64,000 bases of DNA from Patellaria atrata CBS 101060 (Eukaryota). The first letter of the stretch is position 1; each line of letters starts with the position of its first letter. The position numbers and the translations under genes are program-made. The DNA lies in the NCBI GenBank assembly GCA_010093705.1, contig MU006091.1, positions 806,001 to 870,000 on the forward strand, given 5' to 3'. Positions 63,101-64,000 of the stretch are shown piece after piece. The notes under the pieces are model-generated. The model had not been told where the DNA came from and ran no database searches. It saw only the letters and a program-made list of their open reading frames with translations.

Positions 63101-64000
63101 TTGTGGCCTTAGTCTCAATTAAGGTGGTCGTGATGCTGATCACAGAGATAAGGAAAATGCAGGCGGCGTAATAGTAATATTCATCCACGGACCAAAGGAT
63201 CAAGCTTGCGATCTGGAAAACATAGAATGGGTGAAACGCTTCATCGACTAGTAGCTGACTCACTGACTTTTCCTCGAGATCAATGATATTCTTTCCAAAT
63301 ACACGCTCACGGTAGTCCTTGGCTTCGCTGTCTAGTCCAGCTCGTATGGAAATGACGTCTGTCCAGGAAGGGTCTTTCCATGTATTTCCAAGCACAAATC
63401 TATCCTTAGTATCGTGGAATAGGAACCGAATGTAACGATAATCCAAAGAACGCAGAGTGTCTATAACAGGATCGTAATCGTCTGAATAATGCCGGAAGCT
63501 ACTCTTCTCGTCTTCTCCAAAGACAGTCGACATAGAGCGTCCATACTCTTGCGTTTTGACATTTTGCACAGATATTTCCCCCCACTGATTTTCAATAACA
63601 ACCCAATCACATGACGAGAGAGCAGTCGGGTTTCCAATTATATGGACTTTCCAGCATGGTAACCAACGCATCAATAGCCAGCCAAGTCCAAACGTGGAGA
63701 CGCACAGGAAAAGGTAAATGGCATATCCGATTGGATGAGTCCTAAACCCTGCTATTACAATGGTCAAATCCTCAGTGACGATGTAAACCTTTTGACTTAT
63801 TCGCCGTCCACCTCTTTCCACATTCCCAGCATCGGTACTACTCGTAGAATATCGGCGTAGTAAAGGAGTCTCGGAGGATCGTCGCCTAGAGAGAGACGAG
63901 GACTTTCGTCTAAGTGATGGAGGGATACCAAAATCCAGGCTTCGAAGGGATTCTTGGTCATCATAATCCCGAATGCTTGCATCCTCGTCATCAACCAAGG
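60134..64000 (-). CDS. YPK9: P5B-type ATPase (Ypk9/ATP13A2-like); 5' end lies beyond the window
   Basis: LTGES, PPALP, DKTGTLT, KGAPE, TGDN, GDGANDCGALKAA; two short 3' exons. Confidence 0.95.

Overview
Gene-dense window from a filamentous ascomycete (Pezizomycotina-type) nuclear chromosome, with short GT-AG introns and CTRAC-type branch sites. It holds about 26 mostly housekeeping genes: a GPI-anchored wall protein, LDAH-like lipase, SEC8, PHO88, RAD14, HSF1, CTR9, GPI7, the STE3 pheromone receptor, an HSL-family esterase, a MEK1-like FHA kinase, xylose reductase, two F-box-like proteins, BRX1, a DUF2015-like protein, CDC34, CAF1, SUT1, NHX1 and YPK9 (5' end outside the window). A 4-exon V-ATPase subunit f gene missed by the ORF track is also present. 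One Fot1/pogo DNA transposon has perfect 37-bp TIRs, a TA target-site duplication and RIP-like nonsense mutations, and sits upstream of STE3. I found no convincing new multi-gene system. The most unusual unexplained element is a ~190-bp tRNA-derived, hairpin-rich segment (17.76-17.95 kb) that could be a SINE, a Pol III ncRNA or a Helentron-like element. Also of note are a cluster of MAT1-1-1-type motifs in the STE3 promoter, a possible intronization event and several cryptic spliced or decayed ORFs. All gene identities come from manual motif recognition; no database searches were run. There are two assembly gaps (32865-32984, 59558-59657).
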